64,000 bases of DNA from an uncultured Gemmatimonadales bacterium (lineage in GTDB: Bacteria; Gemmatimonadota; Gemmatimonadetes; Gemmatimonadales; GWC2-71-9). The notes under the pieces were generated by a model. It made no database searches, was not told the DNA's origin, and worked only from the letters and a program-made list of their open reading frames with translations. Shown piece by piece: positions 46,910-56,241 of this stretch (positions within the stretch are counted from its first letter, which is position 1; each line of letters begins with the position of its first letter). A program made the position numbers and the translations under genes. Location of the stretch: the NCBI GenBank assembly GCA_963795085.1, contig CAWCFX010000004.1:576001-640000 (forward strand), written 5' to 3'.

Positions 46910-49411
46910 ATGGCGCTCTTCAGCGGGATCGACATCGCGAACATTCGTGGCAGTATCCGGGGACGGCTCACGCTGATGGCGGCGGCCGTGGTCGCCGCCT
47001 TTCTGCTGCTGTCCATCTCGGAGAGTTACGCGGTCCGGCTGATTCTCCACCGGGTGGAGGCGGACGGCCTGGCCCGCCGGCTGCACTACGCTCAGCGGTT
47101 TTTTGCCCGCCGGGCGGAGACCAAGGCCAACCTCATCAGTGAATTCGCGTTCTGGAATGACACCTGGCGGGCCGTCGAAGCCCCCCACAGCCTCGAATCG
47201 CGCACCCATATCCGGGAGAATTTTCTGGAGTGGCTGCCCCAGCGCTACGGGGAGCGCCTGGTCGAACTGTGGGACAAGGATCGAACGCCGGTCTGGCGCT
47301 GGGCCGATACCGCGATGGTCGGGCTCCAGCCGGGGTTCGACTGGACGGCGCTGTTCGACCGGCTGGATTCCAGCCGGCTGGGCGGCGGGTACCTCCAGAC
47401 TCCGCGGGGCGTCATGCTGGTGTCGGCCGGGGTGATCCTGCGGGAGTGGGATATTACGCTCAAGGGCCCCACCAACGGATACCTGGTCGCCGCCGAGCCC
47501 ATCGATTCTGCCCGGCTCCGCCGGTTCGAGTATGAACTGCAGGAGTCGATTGCCCTCGAGCCGCTGCCGGCCGGCTGGGTTGGTGATTCGGTGCGGATGG
47601 ACGTGGCCGGCGACCAGGCGCAAGCCACCTTCCCCCTCATGGGATTCGACGGACGCCCGGCGGCCCTGGTGACGATCAGTTCACCCCGGGTGGTGAACCA
47701 GCAGCTGGCGCTCTGGACGACGGTGCTCATTGCCGTCACCATGGTGGTGGGTGTGGTGGTGCTCGGTGTGCTCTGGCGGGCGGGCCACCGGCTGGTGGTG
47801 CGGCCGCTGGGCGAGATCGGCGAGAAGCTGGAAAACATGGAACGGGCGGGGGATCTCTCCCGGATCGAAACCTCTCCCCCGACCCGGGAATGGGGGCTCT
47901 TCGTCTCGGCCTTCAATCGCACCATCGACGCGCTCAAGAGCTCGGAGCGCCGGTATCGCGTCCTCTTCGACCATGCCGCGGACGCCCACCTGCTGCTGGA
48001 CGCCAAGACCCAGACCATCCTGGAAGCCAACCCGGCCGCGGAGCAACTGGCCGGGCGGGACCGCCACGCCCTGATCGGGCGGCCCTTCTCGACGGTGGTC
48101 AAGCTGGAACCTTCGGGCTCGCGGGACGGGACCTTTCGACTCCGGCGCCCCGATGGAACTCAGCTCATCGTCGGGGTGGCGACCGCGGAACTGGAGATCG
48201 CCGGCGCCCCCCGTCAGCTGGCTTCGCTGCGCGACCTGACCCGTAACGAGGCCCTCTCCGCCCAGCTCCGGCAGGCCCAGAAAATGGAGGCCGTGGGCTC
48301 CCTCGCCGGCGGGATCGCCCACGACTTCAACAACCTGCTGGGAGCGGTCATCATGGCCTCCTCCACGCTGAAGGAGGAGGTCGCCGGCAACCCGGCGGCC
48401 GCTGAATCCATCCAGACGATCGAACAGGCCTCCCAGCGGGCCGCCGAACTCACCCGGCGCCTGCTCAGTTTTGCCCGGCGGGAGCAGACCGTCAGCGCCC
48501 CGGTCGCGATGAACGAAGTAGTCCAGAACGTGGTGCGGCTGTGCGAGCGGACCTTCAACCGGGTAATCCGGATCGAGGTTGAACTCGATGACCCGCTGCC
48601 CCCGGTCTCCGGTGATGCCGGCCAGCTGGAGCAGGCGCTCCTGAATCTCTGCATCAACTCGCGGGACGCGATGCCACAGGGTGGCATCATCCGCATCGTG
48701 ACCCGGACCAGAAAGGTCTCTATCCGCGAGCCGGCGCACACCAGCGACCTGGAACCCGGTTCCTACGTGACCGTCTCGGTGAGCGACACCGGGTTCGGGC
48801 TGACCCAGCAGGCGGAGCAGCACCTGTTCGAGCCGTTTTTCACCACCAAGGGCCAGGGCAAAGGCACCGGGCTTGGCCTCGCGATGGTCTATGGGATGGT
48901 TCGGGCGCACGGCGGAGCGATCGTGGTTCGCAACCGGCCGGGACAGGGAGTGGAGTTCGAGGTCTTTCTGCCGATGAGACCGGACGGCGCCCTGGAACCG
49001 GCGCATACGCTGACCAGCGGCCCGGCCCGGGGGGAGGAGCGGCTGTTGCTCATCGACGACGAGGCGGCTCTGCGCCGATCAATGGCCCGGGCGCTGACCC
49101 GGCTCGGCTATCACGTGGCGGTGGCGGAGAACGGCGCCCAGGGAGCCCGGATGGTGCAGGAGGATCCCGAGGCGTATGACCTGGTGATCCTCGACATGGT
49201 CATGCCCGAAATGGGCGGAGCCGAAGCGTTCCACGTCATCCGGCAGATCCGGCCTGACATGCGCATCCTGGTGTGCTCCGGGTATTCCGCCGACGAAGAA
49301 CGCAACGAGTTGATACGGGACGGCGCATCCGGGTTCCTGCAGAAGCCCTTCGACACCGTCACTCTCACCGGCGCGATCCGGGAGATCCTGGACGGGGTGC
49401 GTTTGGCCTGA
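46910..49411 (+). CDS. Membrane hybrid histidine kinase (CHASE4-like-HAMP-PAS-HisKA-HATPase-REC)
   Basis: Two TM segments flank an AFWNDTW CHASE4-like domain; GGIAHDFNNLL, G boxes and a C-terminal receiver. Confidence 0.9.
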   Translation: MALFSGIDIANIRGSIRGRLTLMAAAVVAAFLLLSISESYAVRLILHRVEADGLARRLHYAQRFFARRAETKANLISEFAFWNDTWRAVEAPHSLESRTHIRENFLEWLPQRYGERLVELWDKDRTPVWRWADTAMVGLQPGFDWTALFDRLDSSRLGGGYLQTPRGVMLVSAGVILREWDITLKGPTNGYLVAAEPIDSARLRRFEYELQESIALEPLPAGWVGDSVRMDVAGDQAQATFPLMGFDGRPAALVTISSPRVVNQQLALWTTVLIAVTMVVGVVVLGVLWRAGHRLVVRPLGEIGEKLENMERAGDLSRIETSPPTREWGLFVSAFNRTIDALKSSERRYRVLFDHAADAHLLLDAKTQTILEANPAAEQLAGRDRHALIGRPFSTVVKLEPSGSRDGTFRLRRPDGTQLIVGVATAELEIAGAPRQLASLRDLTRNEALSAQLRQAQKMEAVGSLAGGIAHDFNNLLGAVIMASSTLKEEVAGNPAAAESIQTIEQASQRAAELTRRLLSFARREQTVSAPVAMNEVVQNVVRLCERTFNRVIRIEVELDDPLPPVSGDAGQLEQALLNLCINSRDAMPQGGIIRIVTRTRKVSIREPAHTSDLEPGSYVTVSVSDTGFGLTQQAEQHLFEPFFTTKGQGKGTGLGLAMVYGMVRAHGGAIVVRNRPGQGVEFEVFLPMRPDGALEPAHTLTSGPARGEERLLLIDDEAALRRSMARALTRLGYHVAVAENGAQGARMVQEDPEAYDLVILDMVMPEMGGAEAFHVIRQIRPDMRILVCSGYSADEERNELIRDGASGFLQKPFDTVTLTGAIREILDGVRLA

Positions 49412-51083
49412 CGCCCGCCTGGGGCCGGTACCCGGCTCCGCGCACGACCCGGCCGGGCCGCGCGCCGGTGTGCTCCCCGTCCTTGAGCACCTGCACGCCG
49501 TTCACGAATACATGGACCATGCCGGTCGCGAACTGCTGCGGCCGTTCGAAGGTAGCATGATCGCGGATCTGCTCCGAATCGAAAATCGCGAGATCGGCAA
49601 ACCGGCCCGGCGCCAGGGCACCCCGCCGGGCGATTCCCAGGTTTTGCGCCGGGAGGACGGTGAGCCGGCGGACCGCCTCGGCCAGTGAGATCAGGCCTTC
49701 GTCCCGCACGTAGCGGCCCAGCACGCGGGCGAAATTGCCATAGGCCCGGGGATGCGTGGATGAGCGCAGGAACACTCCCTCGGGCGCCTGGGAACTGGCG
49801 TCCGACCCGAAACTCACCCAGGGCAGCGCGATCGCCTTCCGTACGTTCTCCTCCGACATCAGGAAGAACACGCAATCCACCCGGCTGTCGTCCTGGATTA
49901 CCAGGTCCATCGCGGTTTCCTCGGGAGAAGTGCCCCGGAGGGCGGCGACCTCGGCCAGGGTCTTTCCGGTCAGGTACTTGAGGCTGTCCTGCCGGAACCC
50001 CACCAGCAGGATACCGGCGCCGCCGCCGGCGTTGATGAACATGTTGTCGAAGGCATTCCCTTCATTGCGCATTTCATCGGCCACCCGGGCCCGGATGGCG
50101 GGGTCCCTGAGCCGGGTCACCCAGGCTCGGTGGCCGCCCTCCTGCACCCAGGGCGGCATCGTCGCATCCAGCCCGGTGGAACCGGCCGGGTAGGTGTACA
50201 TGTCCGCCGTAATCTTGAGCCCGCTGGCCCGGGCATACTCGACCCGCGCAATGACGCTGTCCATCCGGGGCCAGTTGTGCCGCCCGCTGGCCTTGAGGTG
50301 ATAGATCTCGGCCGGCACCTCGGCTTCGCTCGCGATCGCGATGAGCTCGTTCACCGCTTCCAGCAGGCGGTTTCCCTCGTTCCTGATATGCGAGATGTAC
50401 ATGCCGCCGTGGTCCCCCGCGACTTCCGCCAGGGCGATCAATTCATCGGTGCGGGCGTAGGCGGCCGGCGCGTAGATGAGGGAGGACCCCACGCCGAGGG
50501 CTCCCTCCTCCATGGCGGCGCGGACGAGGGCTCGCATCCGATCCAGTTCTTCCGGGGTGGGGCGGCGGTTTTCATGTCCCAGCTCGTGGATCCGAACGGT
50601 GGTGGCGCCCACGAACGACGCCACGTTGGGCGAGATCCCCCGCTGCACCAGGTGGTCGAGATATTCCCCGAGGGTGGTCCAGGGCACGTCAAACTTGAGG
50701 TCGCCCTGGCTTTCGATCATGTCCCTGCGCATGGACTCGTTGATCGGGCCCATGGACCACCCTTCTCCGAACACCTCGAGGGTGACGCCCTGCCGGATAT
50801 CGCTGTGGGAGCGCCCATCTTCGAGCAGTGACTCGGTGGCCCAGCTCAGCATGTTGATGAAGCCGGGGGCCACCGCCAGCCCGCGGGCGCTGATTTCAGC
50901 GTCCCCGCGTCCGGTCACCCGCCCGATCGCCGCGATGGAATCGCCCCGAATCGCGACATCGCCCACGAAGGGCCGGCCGCCGGTGCCGTCATAGATGGTG
51001 CCGCCCCGGATAACCACATCGTAATCGGCCGGCGGAAGGGACGCGGTGAACCAGGGGAGCAGGAGGAGCAGGGCTCGGCGCAT
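49365..51083 (-). CDS. N-acyl-D-amino-acid deacylase (amidohydrolase)
   Basis: VAPGFIN, SHIRNEG, HLK, GSD, HPRAYGNFARVLG, GRFADL. N-terminal signal-like sequence. Confidence 0.9.
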   Translation of the reverse strand: MRRALLLLLPWFTASLPPADYDVVIRGGTIYDGTGGRPFVGDVAIRGDSIAAIGRVTGRGDAEISARGLAVAPGFINMLSWATESLLEDGRSHSDIRQGVTLEVFGEGWSMGPINESMRRDMIESQGDLKFDVPWTTLGEYLDHLVQRGISPNVASFVGATTVRIHELGHENRRPTPEELDRMRALVRAAMEEGALGVGSSLIYAPAAYARTDELIALAEVAGDHGGMYISHIRNEGNRLLEAVNELIAIASEAEVPAEIYHLKASGRHNWPRMDSVIARVEYARASGLKITADMYTYPAGSTGLDATMPPWVQEGGHRAWVTRLRDPAIRARVADEMRNEGNAFDNMFINAGGGAGILLVGFRQDSLKYLTGKTLAEVAALRGTSPEETAMDLVIQDDSRVDCVFFLMSEENVRKAIALPWVSFGSDASSQAPEGVFLRSSTHPRAYGNFARVLGRYVRDEGLISLAEAVRRLTVLPAQNLGIARRGALAPGRFADLAIFDSEQIRDHATFERPQQFATGMVHVFVNGVQVLKDGEHTGARPGRVVRGAGYRPQAGVRPNAPRPGSPGSRR

Positions 51084-51088
51084 GTCTC

Positions 51089-51167
51089 AAGGGGGCAAGA
51101 GGGTAAGGGGGCAAGAGGGCAAGAGGGCAAGAGGGCAAAGGGGCAAAGGGGCAAGGGGGCAAGGGGC
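51089..51167 (+). repeat. Purine-rich octamer array (AARRGGGC)x10
   Basis: Ten tandem 7-8-nt units ending 5 nt before the deacylase ATG on the opposite strand. Confidence 0.9.
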
Positions 51168-51187
51168 GCGTCAGACCCTCTGTCCTC

Positions 51188-51221
51188 CTCAGCTATGGCA
51201 CCATCTCAGCTATGGCACCAT
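51188..51221. repeat. Perfect 17-bp tandem duplication CTCAGCTATGGCACCAT x2
   Basis: Copies at 51188-51204 and 51205-51221; duplicates the 3' end and stop of the gene at 51206. Confidence 0.9.
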
Positions 51222-51940
51222 CCCCGGCCGCAGGCAATCCAGAATACCTGGCTGGTGAGGTCGGTCCCCTGCCAGAAGGCGTCCTTGTCCGCGGGGGCGC
51301 CGGCGGGGGGACGGGGGCTCCAGATGAGGGGCATGATTTTCGGCGGGACGACAACCGACGTGGACCATATTTCCGCTTGCAGCGGCTGGCCCAGGACCCC
51401 CTGAAGCCAGATGAAATTGTCCCCGTTGTGGATTGAGAGTGCCGGCAGGGCGGCTTCGCTACGGATCCTGGCCACGACCCGTCCCTGGGCCAGGGCCGTC
51501 GAGTCAATCTGGCGCAGGTTGGCCAGCGGCTCCACCCGCACCATCCGGGTCCGCCCATGTTCGTCCACCGGGAGCGAAAGCTCTCCGCCGCGGGCCGGGT
51601 CGAACAGCATCCGCCTGGCATATTCCAGCAGGTTGGCGACGGGAACCGAACCGGTCCGCTCGAAATTCGGCGGCGGGGCAATGAAGGGGGTGTCGGGAGG
51701 CCGGGGGCCGATCACGGTGAGCTCGCCGGGATGGTCCGGCGGGACCCCGCTGTCGGGCGGCACGACCGGCCCACTGGAATCCGCCGTGGCGACCTGGATG
51801 GGGCGCGCCACCGGCTCAACCACCTTGTTCTGCTGGAACCAGATATAGAACCCGAAAGCGGAGACCAGCACGAGCGCGAGGAGCAGCCACCAGCTGGCTG
51901 CTCCCCGCCTTGCGTTGGGGGTCCTGTTGTTTGCCTTCAC
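51206..51940 (-). CDS. Hypothetical bitopic membrane protein (paralog A), ends WIACGRGWCHS
   Basis: N-terminal TM, Pro-rich linker, clear similarity to the neighbour (ALAQGRVVARIRS, NFIWLQ). Confidence 0.7.
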   Translation of the reverse strand: MKANNRTPNARRGAASWWLLLALVLVSAFGFYIWFQQNKVVEPVARPIQVATADSSGPVVPPDSGVPPDHPGELTVIGPRPPDTPFIAPPPNFERTGSVPVANLLEYARRMLFDPARGGELSLPVDEHGRTRMVRVEPLANLRQIDSTALAQGRVVARIRSEAALPALSIHNGDNFIWLQGVLGQPLQAEIWSTSVVVPPKIMPLIWSPRPPAGAPADKDAFWQGTDLTSQVFWIACGRGWCHS

Positions 51941-52014
51941 CCGGCGGATCTCCGGAGGTATCGGGAGGACCGTATTCTACTCCCTCATCCCCGCCGGGGG
52001 AACGCCTGACTGGA

Positions 52015-52707
52015 TCAGCAGCGCCCGCAGGCGATCCAGGGACTCCCGTTGACCCAGTAGGCTCCCTTTTCCAGGGGGACGCCGCCGGGTGTGCGCTCGC
52101 TGATCGCCACCTGGTCGAGGTCGTGCAGGGGCACGAACGCGGTGGCCGGGATAACCACCCCGCGATAACCTCCCCCGGGGCGGGATTCCACCCACAGGTA
52201 GTTGAGACCATCGGCCAGTCCGAGTTTCTCGTAGCCGACATTGCTCTCGATACGGGCGATGATGCGGCCCTGCCCGAGTGCGTCCGCTTCGAGGCTGCTG
52301 GCCCCGGCATACGGCCACAGCTTGACGCGGACGGTACGCCCGGCCTGGTTCGGGCCCAGTTCCATCTCGTGTCCCCGGGCCTCGGCATAGGTCAAGGTCC
52401 GGGCATGGTCCAGGATCTCGCCCAGCGGCACGTCATGAATGTCCCGCCCGGCGAACAGCGCGGCCTCCGCCGGCAGGCCGGCACCGACGCCGTTACCGTC
52501 CCGGTTGGACCGTCCCGGTTCCGTGCCCGCGGCCGCCGGAGAGTCAGCCAGGGAGTCCGGTGTCAGGGCATCGACCGTGGCGACATCCCGGGCGTCCCGG
52601 TCCCGGTCGCGGGCGAGAAACCAGAAGCCCAGGCCGAGGATAGCCAGGATGACCACGACCATTCCAATGACCGGTCCTGATGGTTTGCGCGCGTCTGCGT
52701 CAGCCAT
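52015..52707 (-). CDS. Hypothetical bitopic membrane protein (paralog B), ends WIACGRC-TGA; possible Sec read-through to 51985
   Basis: SD AGGAGG, TM segment, ALGQGRIIARIES, NYLWVE. Confidence 0.7.
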   Translation of the reverse strand: MADADARKPSGPVIGMVVVILAILGLGFWFLARDRDRDARDVATVDALTPDSLADSPAAAGTEPGRSNRDGNGVGAGLPAEAALFAGRDIHDVPLGEILDHARTLTYAEARGHEMELGPNQAGRTVRVKLWPYAGASSLEADALGQGRIIARIESNVGYEKLGLADGLNYLWVESRPGGGYRGVVIPATAFVPLHDLDQVAISERTPGGVPLEKGAYWVNGSPWIACGRC

Positions 52708-52823
52708 ATGGCCTCCTGCCAGAGTTTGGAGTAGAGCGAGTAGTTTGCCAGTCCACCTTAGGCGGGGTCCGGACCGGCGGCGGTGCGGTAGCGCACAATG
52801 GCCGAAAATCGGTACATTGGGCG

Positions 52824-53546
52824 ATGCTTCGCCTGGCCATGTGGTCCGGTCCCCGGAACATCTCGACCGCGATGATGCGCTCCTGGGGTAACCGGCCCGA
52901 CACCGTTGTCTGCGATGAGCCCCTCTACTCCCATTATCTCCGCCACGTCCCGGTGGATCATCCCGGGCGCGACGAGATCATGGCCGCGCACGATGGCGAC
53001 TGGCGGTCGGTGGTGCGGTGGCTGACCGAAGAGGAGATCCCGGGGGCCCGGGTTTTTTACCAGAAGCACATGGCCCACCACCTGCTGCCGCATATCTCCC
53101 GCGTCTGGCTGCCACGGGTGACCCACGCATTCCTGATTCGGGATCCGCGGCGGATGCTGGCCTCGCTCGCGGCCCGGATGGGCCTGCCGGTTCTTCGCGA
53201 TACCGGGCTGGAGCAGCAGGTCGAAATTTTCCGGGCGACCAGGGAACGGAGCGGCCGGGTCCCCCCGGTGATCGATTCCGCCGACGTGCTCCGGGACCCG
53301 CGGCGGGTGCTGACCCGGCTCTGCGACGCGGCGGGGGTCGAGTTCAGCGAGGCCATGCTGACCTGGCCGCCCGGGCCCCGGGAGACCGACGGGGTCTGGG
53401 CCAGATACTGGTACGACGCGGTGGAACGCAGCACCGGGTTCGAAGCACCGGCGGACCGGCCCGTCGAGCTTTCTCCCGAATTGGAGTCGCTCGCCGCGGC
53501 ATGCCAGCCGTACTACGAGGAACTGCATCAGCACCGCCTGGCCTGA
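52824..53546 (+). CDS. Sulfotransferase-like P-loop protein (BCAT-associated family)
   Basis: MWSGPRNISTAMMRS, DEPLY, FYQKHMAHH, FLIRDP, DGVWA.YWY. Confidence 0.85.
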   Translation: MLRLAMWSGPRNISTAMMRSWGNRPDTVVCDEPLYSHYLRHVPVDHPGRDEIMAAHDGDWRSVVRWLTEEEIPGARVFYQKHMAHHLLPHISRVWLPRVTHAFLIRDPRRMLASLAARMGLPVLRDTGLEQQVEIFRATRERSGRVPPVIDSADVLRDPRRVLTRLCDAAGVEFSEAMLTWPPGPRETDGVWARYWYDAVERSTGFEAPADRPVELSPELESLAAACQPYYEELHQHRLA

Positions 53547-53593
53547 CCGCGCTCCTTTCGGCGGTCTCCACTCACTCGCCACCAGGAGTCTCC

Positions 53594-54496
53594 GTGCTCC
53601 AGTCGTTCAACGAGAAGAACCGCGACCTGATCGTCAACATCAACGGCACCCTGGTGCATCGGGATCAAGCCGGGGTCAGCCCCTTTGACTCGGCGGTGCA
53701 GGGGGGCGACGCGGTGTGGGAGGGGCTCCGGGTGTATGGCGGGCGAATCTTCCGGCTGCACGAACACCTGGAGCGGCTGCGCCACTCGGCGCTGGCCCTT
53801 GCGTACACCGACATCCCGCCGGCGGAGCGGCTGATCGAGGAGATTCGCCGGACCCTGGACGCCAACCGGATGCGGGACGGCGTCCACATCCGGCTGACGC
53901 TCTCCCGCGGCGTCAAGATTACCTCCGGCATGGACCCCCGGCTCAACCAGTCAGGGTCCACCCTCATCGTGCTGGCCGAGCACAAGCCGCCCGTGTACGG
54001 CCAGACCGGCCTGGCTCTGGTCACCAGTTCCATTCGCCGGTTTCCGCCCGACTGCCTGGATCCCAAGATCCATCATTGCAACCTGATCCAGTCCATCCTT
54101 GCCAAGATCGAAGCCAATGCGGCGGGGGCGGACGATGCGCTGATGCTGGACACCCGCGGGTTCGTGGCGGAGACCAACGCGACGCATGTATTCGTGGTGG
54201 AGAAGGGTAACGTCCGCACCAGCCGGACCGTGGCGTGCCCGGAAGGCATTACCCGCGCGGCCGTCCTCGAACTCTGCGGGACCCACGGCATTCCCTGCGA
54301 CGTCACCGACCTTTCGCTGACCGAGATTTACCGCGCCGACGAGATGTTCTGTACCGGCACCATGGGGGAGCTGGCGCCGGTGACCCGGGTGGATGGGCGA
54401 CCGATTGGAGCCGGGACGCCGGGAGAACTGACCGGCACCCTTACCCGGCACTTTCAGGCGTTGACCCTAAGCGAAGGGGTCAGGCTGGTGGACTGA
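53594..54496 (+). CDS. Class IV PLP aminotransferase (BCAT/DAT-like)
   Basis: FDSAVQGGDAVWEGLR, PLP lysine in DPKIHHCNL, AETNATHVF, EGITR, ADEMFCTGT. SD AGGAG before GTG 53594. Confidence 0.9.
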   Translation: MLQSFNEKNRDLIVNINGTLVHRDQAGVSPFDSAVQGGDAVWEGLRVYGGRIFRLHEHLERLRHSALALAYTDIPPAERLIEEIRRTLDANRMRDGVHIRLTLSRGVKITSGMDPRLNQSGSTLIVLAEHKPPVYGQTGLALVTSSIRRFPPDCLDPKIHHCNLIQSILAKIEANAAGADDALMLDTRGFVAETNATHVFVVEKGNVRTSRTVACPEGITRAAVLELCGTHGIPCDVTDLSLTEIYRADEMFCTGTMGELAPVTRVDGRPIGAGTPGELTGTLTRHFQALTLSEGVRLVD

Positions 54497-55184
54497 GCCG
54501 GGCCGCGGCCCGGCGGATGGCGGGTACATCGATGACCCGGATGCCGTCTGCCGGGTCCTCCACGGCATGCACCAGGGCGGCGATCATCTGGTCCCGGGTC
54601 ACCAGGCCCAGCCGTTCCGCGCCTGCGCGCGTCGCGGGAATCAGGCCGAGCAGCCAGTAGGCCGGCAGGACCAGGTAGGGCCACCGGTGCCCGGGACCCA
54701 GGATATACCAGGGACGCAGGAAAGTCGCCGCCAGCCCGCTCCTGCGGATGATCTCCTCCGCCTTCCGCCGCGCGGCGACGTAGGCCCGCATCACCGGCGC
54801 CGGCTGCGCGACGCTGACATAGACGAAATGGCGGACGCCCGCCACCACCGCCGCAGCCACGGCCGCCTCGACGGAAGCCAGGTCAATCCGGAGAAAATCC
54901 TCGGCCTTGGCGGGACTGGGGCGAGCGACTCCGACCAGGTGCACGAAGGTGTCCGCCGGAGCAATGGACCCGGCGTAGCCGGCCCCGTGCAGCGCATCAC
55001 CCACGACCGGTTCGGGGCCGGCGGGAAGGCGGTGCAGTGACCCCTGCCGGACCAGCGCCTTCACGGCGTGCCCCCGCCGGCTCAATACCATGATCAGCCG
55101 GCTCCCCAGGTAGCCGGTGCCGCCGGTGACGAACACCGCGGCTGGGTGCGCCGGCCGAGTCGCCGCCCGCTCAGGCCTTGCCAT
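54480..55184 (-). CDS. NAD(P)-binding atypical SDR/epimerase
   Basis: VTGGTGYLG Rossmann motif, FVYVS, LRPWYILGP. Confidence 0.85.
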   Translation of the reverse strand: MARPERAATRPAHPAAVFVTGGTGYLGSRLIMVLSRRGHAVKALVRQGSLHRLPAGPEPVVGDALHGAGYAGSIAPADTFVHLVGVARPSPAKAEDFLRIDLASVEAAVAAAVVAGVRHFVYVSVAQPAPVMRAYVAARRKAEEIIRRSGLAATFLRPWYILGPGHRWPYLVLPAYWLLGLIPATRAGAERLGLVTRDQMIAALVHAVEDPADGIRVIDVPAIRRAAARLSPPA

Positions 55185-56241
55185 GGCGGGCCATGGTCAT
55201 CTCCGCGAGAATGGCGAGCGCCGTTTCCGCCGGCTCTTTTCCCCCAAGGTCGAGGCCGATTGGACCGTGCAGGCGGGCGATTTCTTCACCGCTGAATCCC
55301 CGCTGGGCCAGCCGCTCCCGGCGGGCCGCCTGGGTTTTCCTGGAACCAATGGCGCCGATGTAGGCGGCGTCCGACCGCAGGGCGATCTCCAGCGCGGTCT
55401 CATCAAACTTGGGATCGTGGGACAGCACGCATACGCAGGTGCCCCGGTCGATACCGGTCCGGGCAAAGGCGTCTTCCGGCCAGCCCAGCACCAGCTCGTC
55501 GGCGTCGGGAAAGCGTTCCCGGGTGAGAAAGGCGGCGCGGCCGTCCGCCACCACGGTGCGATACCCCAACCGGCGGGCCAGGCCCACCAGGGCCATCGCG
55601 ACATGGGTGGCGCCGAAGATCAGGAGGGTGGCTTGCCGGGGGAAGAATTCGAGGAAGATGCGGTGGGGCTCGCCGTGCTGGCCTGGAATGTCGAACGCCA
55701 TGCTGGCGTGCCGCCGGTGGGCCTCGGCTGCGCGGGCCAGGACTTCCGGCCCCAGTTCGCGGAGCGTGGCCAGGGCCCCAGTATCATCCTGCCCCACATC
55801 GGGTGGAAGTACCGGACCGCTGGGCTCGTCGTCGTCGGGGACGATCCAGTGGGCGCCGGGGGGAGCCGGACCGGCCACGACCGTGGCCACGACCACCCCG
55901 CCCCGTTCGGCTGCCGCCAGAATCTCGGGACGGACCACTGGCTCGAAGAGAATCTCGATGCTCCCGCCGCAGGCCAGTCCCACCCCCCACGCCGTTTCGT
56001 CGGAAACCGAGAACCGGTCCACCCGGGGCGTACCCCGCAGGATGGCAAGGCCAATCTCTTCGACCGCGGCGGATTCCACGCAGCCGCCCGATACCGACCC
56101 CGCCATCGTCCCGTCAGGGCGAGCCAGCAGGCAGGCGCCTTCCGGGCGGGGTGCCGATCCCCAGACGCTCGTCACCACCGCCCGTCCCACCGGGCCCCCC
56201 TCGGCGAGCTGCCGGTACTCGGGAAGGAGGTCTCGCATCAT
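55171..56241 (-). CDS. xdhC: XdhC/CoxI molybdoenzyme maturation factor
   Basis: WGSAPR, GSVSGGCVE, GLACGG, SHDPKFD, YIGAIGS, PIGLDLG. Confidence 0.92.
   Translation of the reverse strand: MMRDLLPEYRQLAEGGPVGRAVVTSVWGSAPRPEGACLLARPDGTMAGSVSGGCVESAAVEEIGLAILRGTPRVDRFSVSDETAWGVGLACGGSIEILFEPVVRPEILAAAERGGVVVATVVAGPAPPGAHWIVPDDDEPSGPVLPPDVGQDDTGALATLRELGPEVLARAAEAHRRHASMAFDIPGQHGEPHRIFLEFFPRQATLLIFGATHVAMALVGLARRLGYRTVVADGRAAFLTRERFPDADELVLGWPEDAFARTGIDRGTCVCVLSHDPKFDETALEIALRSDAAYIGAIGSRKTQAARRERLAQRGFSGEEIARLHGPIGLDLGGKEPAETALAILAEMTMARHGKA

Noticed and set aside
51089..51221. Repeats considered as a CRISPR array
   Set aside because: The units are 7-8 nt or 17 nt with no spacers, and there are no cas genes.
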